Source: Harriotta raleighana (lineage: Eukaryota). Taken from it: DNA of 64,000 nucleotides. Shown here piece by piece: positions 50,903 to 63,645 of the stretch. The stretch covers positions 4,695,607 through 4,759,606 of the forward strand of contig JBNZDD010013730.1 in the NCBI GenBank assembly GCA_050575255.1, read 5' to 3'. Made by a program: the position numbers and the translations under genes. Under the pieces are notes generated by a model that was given only the letters and a program-made list of their open reading frames with translations, was not told the origin of the DNA and did not search any database. How positions within the stretch are numbered: the first letter of the stretch is position 1; each line of letters starts with the position of its first letter.

Positions 50903-53757
50903 TTTTTCTTTCCAAAGAACACAAATGCAGTTTCGTTAACCTTTCCTTTTAATTTAAATTCCTAAAATATGAAATCACCTTGGTGCTTCTCTGCTTCTCA
51001 GGGGCAATAATATCCGTAACTAAAGCTGCACACAGTATTCCAGATAGGAATTGGCCAAAACCTTTACATTAAATGTCTATTTATTTCCCTATCCCTTTGT
51101 TAATGTCAGCCAATTCCTTATTTTGCTTTTATTTGAATAAAACAAATTTAAGAAATAAATCTCTAATGTATTCACCACAAATCCTAGATCTTCTTTCTGA
51201 TCAGCAAAGCTGTACGAATGCTCCATTTAACAAATACCTTTGCCTTCGTTCCTTGCTAATTTACAGTATTTTATATTTGTCACATTGATAGCTAAAGTAT
51301 AGGTAGCTGTCACCATGCCACTTTTCCACTTAAAATCAACCTTTTCAACATTAGCTGAGCTGGGTTGAATGTAGACTTGTATTGCTTCACAGTTTAATCT
51401 GAAATGTGATCATGGTCCAATGCAATTAAAGTCAACTATAGGAATGATGGTCTTCAGGATATTAGAGTTTGCGTGAAACTGAGAAGATGCTAAACCAGTA
51501 GTGGCCAACCACTTTGCAGCAAAATAAATGTCTTTTGATTTAATATTTCTTGATAAATCTATGCTATTTTGTTATTTCTATGATTATTTTGTTGGCCAAG
51601 ATTGGCCACTCTGCTGAAGATTATCCATTCTATCAAAACTCTTTGAGCCTAAACGGAAAGTACGGTTTGTTACAACTGTTAAATGAGCAGTGATATTTGT
51701 GTTAGAAGCCAATTGAAAAACTATTTGTTCAGAGTATTACAGTGATGTGGAAAGCTGATGGTTTTGACAGATTTATAATGATCCAGGAATGGCTATTAAT
51801 ACAGCAAATCTTAACCCCGAAAACAGCTAGAGCTAGTATTGGCTCTCTCATAATGCCAATCTCAGGTTTGCTGTGCTGATTTTTGGACCAGGTCCCAAGT
51901 AACGGCCTTGCATCATGTCTGCTTTCATTCGCAAGAATTGCATGTCAAAATTAAGCATGTAACATAGATAACAGTTCATCGGGTAAGAAAAATAAGAAAT
52001 CAATGAAGTGGATTCTGGGTATAGCTTGCTGTCTAAATTTGTTTGTGTTAGGAGGAAGATACAATATTGGGCTGGCAATAAAATAACTCCCCACCCTCCA
52101 TCACCCCACCGTCCACCATCCCACCCCCCAAAAAGCAGCAATTTGTTTTTCTACATAGCTAATTAAACTGGATAGACAAGTGTATAAAGATAGCTTGGTT
52201 CCTGTATTTTAATACTTAATATTATACTAGTTCCAGTGGCTTGTCTGCCATTTGCTATTTTTAATTATTTCCAGGGAGGGTAATATGACACATGGAATGT
52301 TCAATTCAACTGAGCACTCTTTCTCATATGTCCCTCTCCCCTACCCACAGCATCAGTTAAAACCAAACAAAATCATGATGTGTAATTTCCAATTGTGTAT
52401 TTTAAAAAAAGACAAAATACTTGAATTCAGTTCTAAATGTATTTTAATGCTTGCCAAGAGCCAGCTACAAGGAATATACACACATTTGAGTTATTTACCA
52501 GAACTATGCAGCCTTGAACTTTTTCCTTTATGTACAATATTTATTATCCATTTGAGCTATTGCAGGAGGCGAATTCAGCTTAACCTCTTGCTGGTATACA
52601 CAGAACGTGTAGATGAACATTTCAATTTGCACTAAGCCCACTTTGTTACAAAATAAACACAGATGGGGGTTCTGAGCATGCTTTGGGGATTAGTAGTTGT
52701 TTCAGCTGGTAGAAAGGTGCTCTGGGTACAAAGAGAGGTTGAGTTTTGTTATCAGCAGGGCATGACATGCCTGACTGTAAATCTGCCTCTTTTTTTCTGC
52801 ATGACTGACAGTTCAGCTACCCAGTACAGACTTGTCAAAAGGTTAATTGGGTGTTATAGATAAGTTTTCTCAAGTTTGAAACCTATGTTAGTTACTGGTT
52901 GCTTTTTTCCCCTTTAGATTATATATACTGTCCTAATCTCAGCCATTTTACATTATTTGGAAAGTCTGTATTTATGCATTGTGTATTATAGGAACGTATT
53001 AGATGCCAATGTTGTGTATGAAGATCCTAGATTTATATCTCATTGATCATTGTGCTTTTAAACTGCTCCCAAACATTGTGGAGGAATGAATATAGGTTGG
53101 GAACCACCAACAACTGGAGAAACCAGACAGCTAGCACGAGCTCCCCATGAGTTCAAAGTATTAAACTTCCTTTGTCTGTATCCAGTTTATTAATGGGTCA
53201 AATAATGGACTATTCAGACTGAGGATCATTTGAATGGTTGACTTCAATAAATTACTGTTTGTGACAGCCCTACTGCAAAGCCCAAAGTTGACATTGTGCT
53301 GCTGCTCTTGTCAAGGTTTTGGAATGAATTGTATCTTACCCTTCTCTCCAGAAATGTGAGAACAGAATCTGACTCCCAAATGCACAATTTGTTTGGAATT
53401 GCTAAAGACCCACATGGTCTGGATAGCACAGTCTGCTTAGAAAAGAAAACATTCCTCCTTAGTGATTTGTGTTGTAATGTGGTGAATACTTTGACTATGT
53501 ACTTGATTGTTTGAATTATCCCTCGGAGTACATTTCAGGTTTAAGCTGGAAGCTTTACATCATTCTACTGTGCTTATACAGTCTACTTTGTGCTTTATTT
53601 AATTTTGCTCAAAGCGTTATGAAAGAATGTCCCTGCACATGTATCTCAATTTGCAGGAATGAGTTATGTTCTGAAGCAGAAGGAAGCTGTTCTCTAATAA
53701 CAATCCTGAATGAGCACATGTGTTTTTAACATTATCATATAATTTTATCCCTAATCT

Positions 53758-53998
53758 GCAACAATTTCAATTTATATAGCGCCCTCCATGCCGGATGGCG
53801 TCTCAGAGAGCTTCACAATAACGGATCCCGGGACCGAGCCAGGGGTATGGGTAGAAAGATGACCAAAGACGCGATCGAAGAGAAAGATGTTTAGCTGAGA
53901 CCTGAAACTGGGAAGAGAGGGGACGAGGCGAAGGGAGTGAGTAAGGGAGTTCCAGAGCCTCGGGGCATAGTGGCTGAAGGCATGGCCACTGATTTTCT
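53758..53998 (-). mobile_element. L2 3' fragment, second subfamily (antisense, intron 4)
   Basis: Minus-strand translation GHAFSHYAPRLWNSLTHSLRLVPSLPSFRSQLNIFLF is a typical L2 ORF2 C-terminus. Its tail matches the sense tail at 40603-40659. Confidence 0.85.
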
Positions 53999-55363
53999 TT
54001 GCATTGCAGGGTAGTTTCCACCTCACTATACACACCACTTTTATTTCAGACCACTGGATTTTCCTGGCTGGGAAGGATCCACACAGGTTACTCCAATATC
54101 TGCAGCATATTGCCTTTTGTCAGCAGAAAGTCTGCCTGGACAAACTGAGTCCTCGGACACCGTATTTAAGATACATGACCAGTGCCTCAGGATAGGGTAT
54201 TATTGTATATTGCCACGAGTTAAACTGCTGTCTTTGGAGATGCCATGAAAATCAATTCTTTTGATGTTTGTAGTCATATCCAGAGACAAAAAAACTTCTG
54301 CATTTACCTTCCAGCAATACTGCTGAAATTAGAAGTCAATAAATATATGCAACATCAGTAGCCTTGTCTCCACCGCCTAGAATTTCAGTGCATTTGCAAT
54401 TAGTGTCTGATTTTGCTCCCACCATGTCTTAAAACAAACTCAAGTTTTTTTTTGGTCAGCTTTTTTCTTGAAGACTAGCTTCTGATTCTGGTTCTTGCAG
54501 TTGGCAGCTTGGAAAGTATTCCCAGCATCGAAATGGTTGGCTGACGAGTGCAGTATCAATTATATTTCCAGTATAGTGAGAGTTGTTTGTTATGTGCTTT
54601 ATTAAAACAGTAGGCAATCTAGAACTGACGTTCAGTAAAGTAGAAAGTGCTCTCGCATATAGCTGCTCTTACAACCTATACCATCTTTACACAGTCTTTT
54701 GGTGGTTCCAAGAAAACATTTGTCTGTGAATAGCCCATTTATTGCGTTAGTGCTTTTAATCCCTTCATGTCTGTAGCAGTTATATAGTCCTCTTTCTCAG
54801 ATCTTTCATAGAATTCCATCCTGAAGAGGGGAATGATGTATAATTTTTTATGACTCACAATGTGTTTATGTAACAGCATTATCATTAACAGCACTGAGCG
54901 AGAAGGCGTCTCAAGAAGTATTACTTTTCATAACTTGAGTCTAAGCACACAAAAAGGACTCCGTGACTGACCCTACCATCATTCCAACATTTTCTTGCTT
55001 TGTGCATGATGAGCTATGCCTGGACATGGAGGGCAGCAGTGTATTTTTTACTCTCTCTCATCATTGGCCTGTACAGTGGGCAGGGTCAGCAGCTAGCAAA
55101 CACAAGTCTTAGACCTTATGTCAAAATGGACTGTTCATCAGCAAGTAGAGAACTATAGTTTCTTTGTTGGTCTGTCAAAATCACCCTATGTAAAAGGAGG
55201 GGAGAATTGCCAAAATGGGCTGCACCCAAATGATTGTGGTATCAGTTTCTAGAGAAATCTTTGGTAGATTTCAATCAAAATATGTGGCTTGCTACTTCGC
55301 GCATTGTGTAGAAAAATAACATGAGAAATTGATTAAAAAATACAAGTGAAACACTGGTATATA

Positions 55364-55736
55364 CAGTAAAACCTCGTTTATCCAGCACGCTCGGTGGGAG
55401 GGGGGGCGGTCGACTAATTGATGGTGCCGGATGAACGAGGAAGAAGTTGCCGAAAATCCGACATAAAAATTTAACTTATTTTAAAACATACCATGTTAAT
55501 AATACACTACATAGTAACAGAATATTGTGTGGATACTACCAACAAAGCATTCTAGCAGAGTCGGCAAAAAATCGTTAAAACAGTATTTTTTACCGATCAA
55601 ATCTAAGTGTGTAAGTTTACTAAGTGTGCATGCGCAAAGTGAACAAACTCGCGATTCTGGAATGGGGAACTGTCCCGGGAGGAGCAATTGAATCGAGTCA
55701 CGGTTGATCAGGTCACGGATAAACAAGGTTTTACCG
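55364..55736. mobile_element. Tc1/mariner (Tigger/pogo-like) non-autonomous element (MITE), 373 bp
   Basis: TA|CAGTAAAACCTCGTTTATCC ... GGATAAACAAGGTTTTACCG|TA: 20-bp terminal inverted repeats (18/20) with TA target duplication. Confidence 0.88.
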
Positions 55737-55939
55737 TATTACGAATAGGATTCAATGTCATTTTCATTTGTTTGCAATCCTCAAACGTGTTTAAAACTAT
55801 TTCACAAAATCTAAGGCTCATCTGCTCTTGAACCAGGGGCTCGGGGTCTGAGCTGCAGCTCGGGCCTTACATTCCAGGTTTCATTCCATTTCCTTCTGGG
55901 GAAACACCTGGTTTCCATTTAACTCTGTTTTACAACATA

Positions 55940-56206
55940 CAGTAAAACCTCAATAATCCAACATTCTGAAATCCAGCAACTCCTTAAAACCGGCAATATT
56001 TCAAAATACATACAGTATTAGATTCATTTCCGATGTTTACAGTTCACGCTCTGTCATTTGCCGCTGTTGGTGGAGCTCGGGCATTGTTTTGCTTCAGTGT
56101 TGCTTCTCCAGCCATTTCTAGGTAGGTTTCTAAATACCAACTCAGCAAACTCCGAAATCCGGGAGGTGCATGGGCCTAACAGTGCCGGATTATCAAGATT
56201 TTACTG
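55940..56206. mobile_element. Tc1/mariner (Tigger/pogo-like) MITE, 267 bp
   Basis: TA|CAGTAAAACCTCAATAATCCAACATT ... AGTGCCGGATTATCAAGATTTTACTG|TA: imperfect 26-bp terminal inverted repeats with TA target duplication. Confidence 0.85.
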
Positions 56207-58236
56207 TACCAAGATTGTGAATTTGATACGTGTGGAACCGTGGACACCGACCCTCTTCCTTAGTTAGCGACCGTGCCTAAACAATCGGGAACCTTTCCAA
56301 ACCAGGCTGCTCAGAGGATTTGAAATGTTGTCTTTCAGGTTATCTAGAAAGGTGGAAGTTCCCATAATAGGTACTGTGTTACCTCAGAAGTTCACTTTAC
56401 TACTTTTAACCATATGTTGATCAAGAGTTGATTGCATGGTTGTAAGGAATCATTTTTTTGTTCATGGGAGTGTTGTAAAAACATTTAAATTCAGGTGTGT
56501 TATATTGCTGTTATGTTCAGTAAAACTTCATGTCATGGGGTTAATGATTAATAAAGGAAAAGATGGGATTCACAAGGCCAATCGGCTGTGTTTTTCTCAT
56601 TCTTTTTCTCCCCCACATGTACTTGGGTGACTGGTGTTGGTGGTTGTAATAATCACAGGTGAAAAATTATAATCTAAAGCTATGGATCATAACACAAGAA
56701 TAATGGGTTACATGAATAGCCAGGAATTGTGAGGAAAGGGGACTTGTGAGTTTATAATGGCCTATGTGGCTGTTTACCAAGTTAAATCTGCTCCAATCAA
56801 CATTTGCTACAGCTTCAGGCAAAGCTGTGAATACATAATGTGTTACTGGAAGCCTAAATCTCTTCAACTTGTGGTCTGTCATCTGGATTTAATCTGCCAA
56901 CCAATTTCAGTTTTTTTTAACTTATTTTATAGTTTATTTTTAAACATTTAATGCAGTCAAGCCCTCATTGCTAACATTCTTCTCCACTTGTTATCCCCTG
57001 AGTAAATCTGGCATTCTATAGGGAGGGTAAACCACTAGGGTCCTTGGAACCTAAGAACTTCATTTTGTACTACTTAGATTCCCGCATTCTTTACAGAGTA
57101 CTCGCATATGGTTTATCTTAAATTTTTCCTTTTCTGTGAGCCTCGGTAAGACCAGTAATGCTTCTATAAGTGAGAAGTTCTTTTTCCTTTAAGTCATGTT
57201 TGTGTCTTTACTGATGAATCCCTTTCTCAGCAACTTCCAACAACTCTATGCATCCACAGCTCTGGCTGAAACTAACAAATGTTGTTTGGAATCAATGTTG
57301 TTCGGTAAAAATGCCACTTGGCAGTGGGACAGGAGCTATGGAACAATTTTGAAAGAAATAGTAACTTGAGCTTTAAACAGTAATTTTTGTTCTTCCAGAC
57401 TCTTCAGGCAAAACTGTGTGACAAATGGAAGATTTCCTATTCTTCAAAAAAAGTATATAACTATATGGAGTTATTTATGAAAACATTTCTTTTAAAAAAA
57501 ATTCCTTTGTTTCCCTTCATGCTAGCAAATTGGTCATTCAGAAACATATGGACATCACAAGTTTAATAACTGCCTGCATTGTTTGGAATCAATGTTGATG
57601 GGTAAAAGTACATACCTTGGCAGAAGCGCAGGAGTGCTTTGGAACAATACTGAAAAAATAGTTACTTTCTTAAGTTTAACAGGAGAGAATTTTATTTTAA
57701 AAAAAGCTCTTGACCATTTAATGTTTGGTATGTAGCCAGAGAGAATAGAAGAAAGGGTGCATTTTAAATTGTCTTGTCACATAGGTTCTACTAATCAACT
57801 TTGAAGAATTGTTCATAGTTTTGAATAATATTATGGGCATCAAATTGCTACAGACAACACAATGATTGTTTATACCATCCCGTGAGCTGCTGCCCCATGC
57901 GAGCCAGTCTCGAGTGGTATTTGGGAGATTGTTGGAATTAATGTAGTGGGAGGGCTGAACATCTCTAATAAAATTTGTTGTTTGTAGAGCATAAAGTCTG
58001 CATTTTTTAATACAATACTATGTTTTTTACACTTTTAACAGTGATGGAAAAGGAATTATATATCTTTTTCTTTTCATCAAGTAGGTGGCTCATTTAATAC
58101 AGATGGGAGGGTTGGTTCTAGGTATGCACTAGATTATGTACATAATCTTTCTTTGTGTGAGCATTGGCAGTGTATCAGCAGGCTGTTGCATTGTGACATT
58201 GGTACTACATTACATTACCAACTGAGTTCGATTGAG

Positions 58237-58528
58237 ATAATAATACTAATCCTTGCATTTGATATAGCGCTTTTCACGTCTTCCAGCTTCACACAAATTA
58301 CTGTAAAGTAAATTGACCATATTGTTTGTGGACGAAACGCTGCAGCCAATTGTGCACAGCAGTGTCCCACAAACAATCGTGGATTGAAGTGAACAATTAT
58401 TATTGTTTTGCTTTTCTTGAGGGATTATTATCCGACATGTGGAACAAGGTTTCAATATGCAAGGAGTCAAAACCCAGGTCTCTCATTGCAAGGCAAGTGC
58501 TCCATCCAATGAGCTACAAGACTCCACA
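58237..58528 (-). mobile_element. Same SINE family, near full length (antisense)
   Basis: Reverse complement begins tgtggagtcttgtagctcattggatggagcacttgccttgcaatgagagacctgggtt and ends tgaaaagcgctatatcaaatgcaaggattag. Confidence 0.9.
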
Positions 58529-58850
58529 AGGTCACAGAACTTGCAACATTTTGCTCACTTCCTCTTCCACCCCTAAGTCATGACAGCATGATGCAAAGAT
58601 TGCTCAGATTTTATTGTAGTCATTGCTTTATTTATTTTTTCCGGTAATTGTTTTGTAATACATCAAATGTTAGACCTTGACCAGGAATAGGTATGGAGAC
58701 ATTGCAACATTCGCCGTTGATACTTAATAAATAATTTTTGGGTGTTTATCCATTCAAATTGCATGAACTGTTCTTAGTGCAAAGCAGTCCTAAACCCTTC
58801 TTTGTAAATTTTGTCCATTACCTGTAAACTTTCCTTCACTCACAAAAAAA

Positions 58851-59158
58851 TGTGGAGTCCTGTAGCGCAATGGTTAGAGCACTCACTTTGCAAGTGAGAG
58901 ACCTGGGTTCAATTCCAGGCAGGACGAAACCTTAGGCAAGTTTCTTTACTCTACACGCCCAATAATAACCCCCCCAAAAAACAATAATAAATCTGTCATT
59001 TCAATCCATGACTGTTTGTAGGACACTGCTGTGCGCAATTGGCTGCCGCGTTTCGCCCACATATACCAGTCAATTCACTTTACAGTATATTCTGCAAAGT
59101 GCTTTGGGATGTCAGAAGACATGAAAAGCGCTATATCAAATGCAAGGATTATTATTAT
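58851..59158 (+). mobile_element. Full-length tRNA-headed SINE with L2-type tail
   Basis: A box TAGCGCAATGG, anticodon-like arm CTCAC-TTTGCAA-GTGAG, B box GGTTCAATTCC, body gctgtgcgcaattggctgccgcgtt, tail aaagtgctttgggatgtc...tgaaaagcgctatatcaaatgcaagg(ATT)n. Several copies occur in the window. Confidence 0.92.
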
Positions 59159-59189
59159 GCTAGAGAACAACTCCAATACAGTTCCATTT

Positions 59190-59416
59190 AATGGTAATCG
59201 TGCATTTGATAGAGCACCACATCACATTGCCGAGGCATTTCAAAGCCCTGCATAGGATTTTACCATGGAGTTCAGTGGCTGTGTATTTATAAGCAAATAC
59301 GACAGCCAAGTTCCACACAGCAATGTTCCACAAACAGCCAAGAAGTGAATGACCCAGTATTATTTGGGAAGATTGTTAGCGAGGCCCTGGGGATGAAGTT
59401 CCTTCTCTTTTTGAAT
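59190..59416 (-). mobile_element. Older Deu-type SINE 3' half
   Basis: gcatttgatagagcacc...gacagccaagttccacacagcaatgttccacaaacagc...aatgaccc...ggccctggggatgaagttccttctctttttgaat. Shares the 3' body with the young SINE but is more diverged. Confidence 0.6.
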
Positions 59417-60479
59417 TGTTGGTTTATTAGGCTAAAGGATAGTGGATCTGATATTTTGGGATATTTTAGTGGAATTTGTTATGGGAATAACAGATTTGCC
59501 AATTATTTTGCTGTGTTCAGATAACACGAATATTGTGCGGCAGGAAACCTGTGAAAATCTTTTTAAAAAATGGAAATTGGTTACCTATGTATTTTTTTAA
59601 ACAGCCCCTCAATTTTATTCACTTAAATCTAAGTAACACCCGATTAGGCTTTTAAAATGACGCTTCAACTCTAAAATCCATTGCTAATCGTAAATATAGT
59701 ATTCTGATAATTTCTGAGCTGTTGTATAACAATAATTGTCAGAGGGATGCCATTGACATATAGTGGGGGTGAGAGAATCCAAACGATTTTTGGTATGTTG
59801 GTGGGTCTGTTTATGAAATGTTTTAATTATTCCCCTTTAATTTCATTCAACCATTTCTAGTCAGTAGTGTTTGTTTATAGAACAGAGTTCCCTGCAACTC
59901 ACAGTTGTTAATTAATCATGCCAAGAGGGTGTGGGGAATCTCACAAGCATCACTCATTGGCCTTTATTGAGTCTGAGATTAAATTTACTACTGTTCTAGT
60001 TCTAAATTTCTGCTGTATGGCTTTGATTTATATAAATATTATTGCATTACCTCAAACTCCAACAGCGATTCCTTCAAAAGTCTTAAGGTTGTTTTTAAAA
60101 GAAAGCTCCACCGATGAATGACAGCAAGGCGTGATTGCTGAAAATTCTGGTTCATATAATTTCTAACCTATATTGTAACTGGCTTGTTGGCACACTGGTA
60201 GCTGCTAAACAAAGAGATTAAATTCCAGAATTAGTTCTACCTGAATTGCTTGGTTCTAATACAGTGAAGACAAAAGCATGCCTGAGCCTGTAAAAGTTGT
60301 TGTGGATACTGTAGCCATTTAAAAAAAGTGACATAGAATTTATAGAATGCTTTCAAGCCAAACATTTCTCTCTAATAAAAATATAGTAAAGGAATTCTGG
60401 AATCAGGTCATTCTGAAAAGTTTAAAGAAAACACATCTTGGAGACTGGTAAATTTTCTTTTTTTTATAAACACATACAG

Positions 60480-60661
60480 GTGTTCTCAAGGATTACTTGA
60501 GGGAATTGCCTTCTCCTCTGATAACAAAGCAGCTATACGAAACTGTATTGGAAGCAATGGCTAAGCAACCCCTCAAGATGACCTCTTCTGGATGTGAAAA
60601 TGACCTTGCTGACTCTGAATACACAGTTGCTCTCCTTGACTGCTTGCCTGAAGTGGAAAAG
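60480..60661 (+). CDS. SYDE2: SYDE2 coding exon 5: RhoGAP
   Basis: Acceptor acatacag|GT. Translates [34 protein letters not shown]...[10 protein letters not shown]. Donor AAG|gtaaag. 182 nt, phase 1 to 0. Confidence 0.97.
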
Positions 60662-61825
60662 GTAAAGAATCTGAATCTGAGTTTGGTGGAAAGGAGTTTG
60701 AGCACTCTTGAGGATCGTGCTAATTACAGAGTCTTTTCCCCTTTTAGTGCCATTTGTTTCTACAGTCTCTAAATATGTATCATTTTAAACTTACATAGAG
60801 AATGAAGATCTTTTTAAAGGAAAGATTTTAAAAAAAATCTTTATGTAAAATATTCAAGTTAGTTATGAATTTGGGAAGAGGTTTCAGAGATTAGGCCCTT
60901 TCACTGGATTTCACTATCTTCATCATGTTCAAGGCATTTGGCTGACATCCAGAATCACAAACTGATGAAAGTCAAAAGATCAAAGTAGTGTAATATCAAA
61001 ACATTCCTCAGGTAAACCTGTTTAGTTTCATAGCATTTTATTTTCTGTGTTACAACTACTGTTGATAAATGCACTGGAAATTATGAGGTAACTCGAAATA
61101 AATTTATAAATATTTAACCCTTTCACCTAAACATTGGTAAAATTAATGTCATACGTTGAAATGCCTGTAACTGATTTGGTAATGAATTTCATCAATGTGT
61201 AATGATATATATGAGCACCATATCTTTAAATGCAATTCAAGTCAGATGGACTTTCTTATCAGGTATGTAAGGTAAATATACTCTTTTGATAAGGCAGTTC
61301 ATGTGGGCATATTTCCAAAGATATTCTTTATTGTAAACTTCCTCTCTTTGTTTACGTTTCCCTCCCAGCCCCCACACTTTACATCATCACTTTTGATCTG
61401 TTCAATTAAAACCAAACTTATCAAGTCAAGTAAACCTTTTTCAAAAAAGTATTAGAATTCAAAATGTGAAATGAAAAGTCTTACCAGCTCCATGATAACA
61501 CAGCAGCATGTATCAATAAAAATTAAAACTATAAATAACCATGATATAAAATCCTAAATACCTGAGAGGTTCAACTTGCAATATTTCCTTTTAGAGTTGA
61601 TCCACCCATTGATTCTCAATAGTACACAGTGGAACAGAGTGGACACTTGACGGAGAGTTCATTTCCCTCTCCTCCACTTCCCCACTGTCCTTAGAGAATT
61701 CAGATCCCCACAGGAAAGCAGGAACCGAATTATGAGTGTTTATTAGTAACACATTTAAAAGAAAATCCAATATTCTCTGCAAACCACACAAATGAAAATA
61801 CCAGCCAGCTTTTGATCAAAATGAG

Positions 61826-61892
61826 CCCAGCGCCTTGGGACGTCTTCCTGATGTGAAAGGTGCACTATAATGTAATTTTGTTGTTGTTGTGT
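61826..61892 (+). mobile_element. L2 3' tail
   Basis: cagcgccttgggacgtcttcctgatgtgaaaggtgcactataatgtaattttgttgttgttg. Confidence 0.8.
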
Positions 61893-62835
61893 TAGAAACA
61901 CAAGATCCCAGGCTGAATAAATTCCAGAACATTGACCCTTATGTTTTTAAAGTGCTTCAAACCATGTTTAAAAAAAAATTCCAGCAGAAAAATAATTTCC
62001 TGGAGCCTCACCATGATGGATCTTTGGACTTGTATACCAAGTCTGCCTGTGATATATTGAATAGGAATTTGCAGCTTTTCTGTTCTTGGCTCACGCTTAC
62101 AATACATCACTAGCATTGAGATTTGAATCCTTATCAAAAGCTCAGGTTCCTTAAAGATGTCATGGCATTGTTCTCCGTTTCACATAACTGACTTGTTTTA
62201 ATCAAGTTAAATCGACTGTGATATTTGTTTTCATTTGTTTAAAAAAGTTTACTTTTTGTTGAATACCTACCTATGTGGATGATGTTGAAAGTTTGTTGAA
62301 AAGTTGTGTATTTATCAACCTAAATTTCCCCGTCGTGGTATTACGAGAATGAAAGTTTGAGTCACTCTCCTCACCATATGAAAAGACGACTTGGAAGTCT
62401 GAACCATTTTGGCGTTGGGGCTGTAGTAAGATTAAATCCGGGATGTGGAGTATATTTGCAGACCTTTTAGTCCCACTAGGTCACGTTATTGATGTGTTTT
62501 CACTGGTGCAGCTCAAACATTCTTATCGCTTGTTTTGTTCCTTTGCATTCTTGGGATACCAGCAATAATCAGTAATTAAGTGGGATGACTTTCTGGGACT
62601 AAGAGTTGCTAGTATGTAGACAATGAAGTTGCTTCCAAACCTTTCAGAATCTAGAGATTCTGCCATTTTTGTGGAGTAAACAAATTAATCTGACAAACTT
62701 TGAATCAACATTTTGTTTATTCAAGCCTTCAAAATATAAATGCCTAAAACTGGCACTTTTAAGAAAGTGTTTTTCTGAAGCTGGCTTTGGATATCGGAGG
62801 GTGTTTTATTTCCTATTTGTAAGGGAATTACAGGT

Positions 62836-63106
62836 GGATGAATCCTGTAGTTCAGTGGTTAGAGCACTCAGCTTGCAAGCGAGGGACCTGGGTTCAATTC
62901 CAGACAGGAATGTAGGCAACATGTAGGATTACTTCATACCCCTAATAATAATCCCTAAAAAAAATTGTTAATTTTTTATATTTGTTTATGGGACACTGCT
63001 GTGNGCAACTGGCTGCTGGGTTTCACCCACAAATATACAGTCAATTCACTTTGTAGTACAGAAGACGCAAAAACACTATATCAAAAGCAAGAAGTATTAT
63101 TGTTAT
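62836..63106 (+). mobile_element. Same SINE family (sense, intron 5)
   Basis: tcctgtagttcagtggttagagcactcagcttgcaagcgagggacctgggttcaattccag ... gggacactgctgtgngcaactggctgc ... cactatatcaaaagcaag. Confidence 0.88.
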
Positions 63107-63527
63107 GGTAGCAAGTTGTATATCTGAGAACCTTATAAAATAAATATTTTGCAGGGTATATATAACATGGTACACTCAGATGATTTATTTCATGCAAATA
63201 TATTTATTTGATACAAGTACAGTACTAATGTAATGTTCAAGTAATTCTCCATACTGCCAATAAATAGGTCATCTAGACATCCCCAAATCCCTTTTGTTTT
63301 GATTTCTGAACATTCTGATCAGTACTATGTAATACATTGATACAGTATTTCAATTTACGTTTAATTCGGTATCTTTGCGATTAACAGGTTTAAAAGCTTG
63401 TACACTTTTTTCAAGTGCTAAATAATACATACTTGACTTTCTTGTTATATTGTCTTCAGTTGTTAATCCACACTATTTTCTCTTGACAATTGTTTATTCA
63501 CAGGCATGTTTACACCCACAATTGTTT

Positions 63528-63645
63528 TAATAATAATAATCCTTGCATTTGATATAGCACTTTTTACGTCTTCCAGAAATAATAATAATAATATCTCACA
63601 TCTCAAAATGTTTCAAAGAATATTTTGTAAAGTGAATCGATTTTA
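63528..63645 (-). mobile_element. SINE 3' tail fragment(s), intron 5
   Basis: (TAA)n tccttgcatttgatatagcacttttt ... catctcaaaatgtttcaaagaatattttgtaaagtgaatcga. Confidence 0.7.

Noticed and set aside
58856-58926. tRNA-Ala(TGC) gene
   Set aside because: The D, T and acceptor stems have mismatches, there is no T-run terminator directly after it, and it continues into a SINE body found in several copies.
63004-63004. Eighth N
   Set aside because: No flanking duplication; it is an ambiguous position inside a SINE.
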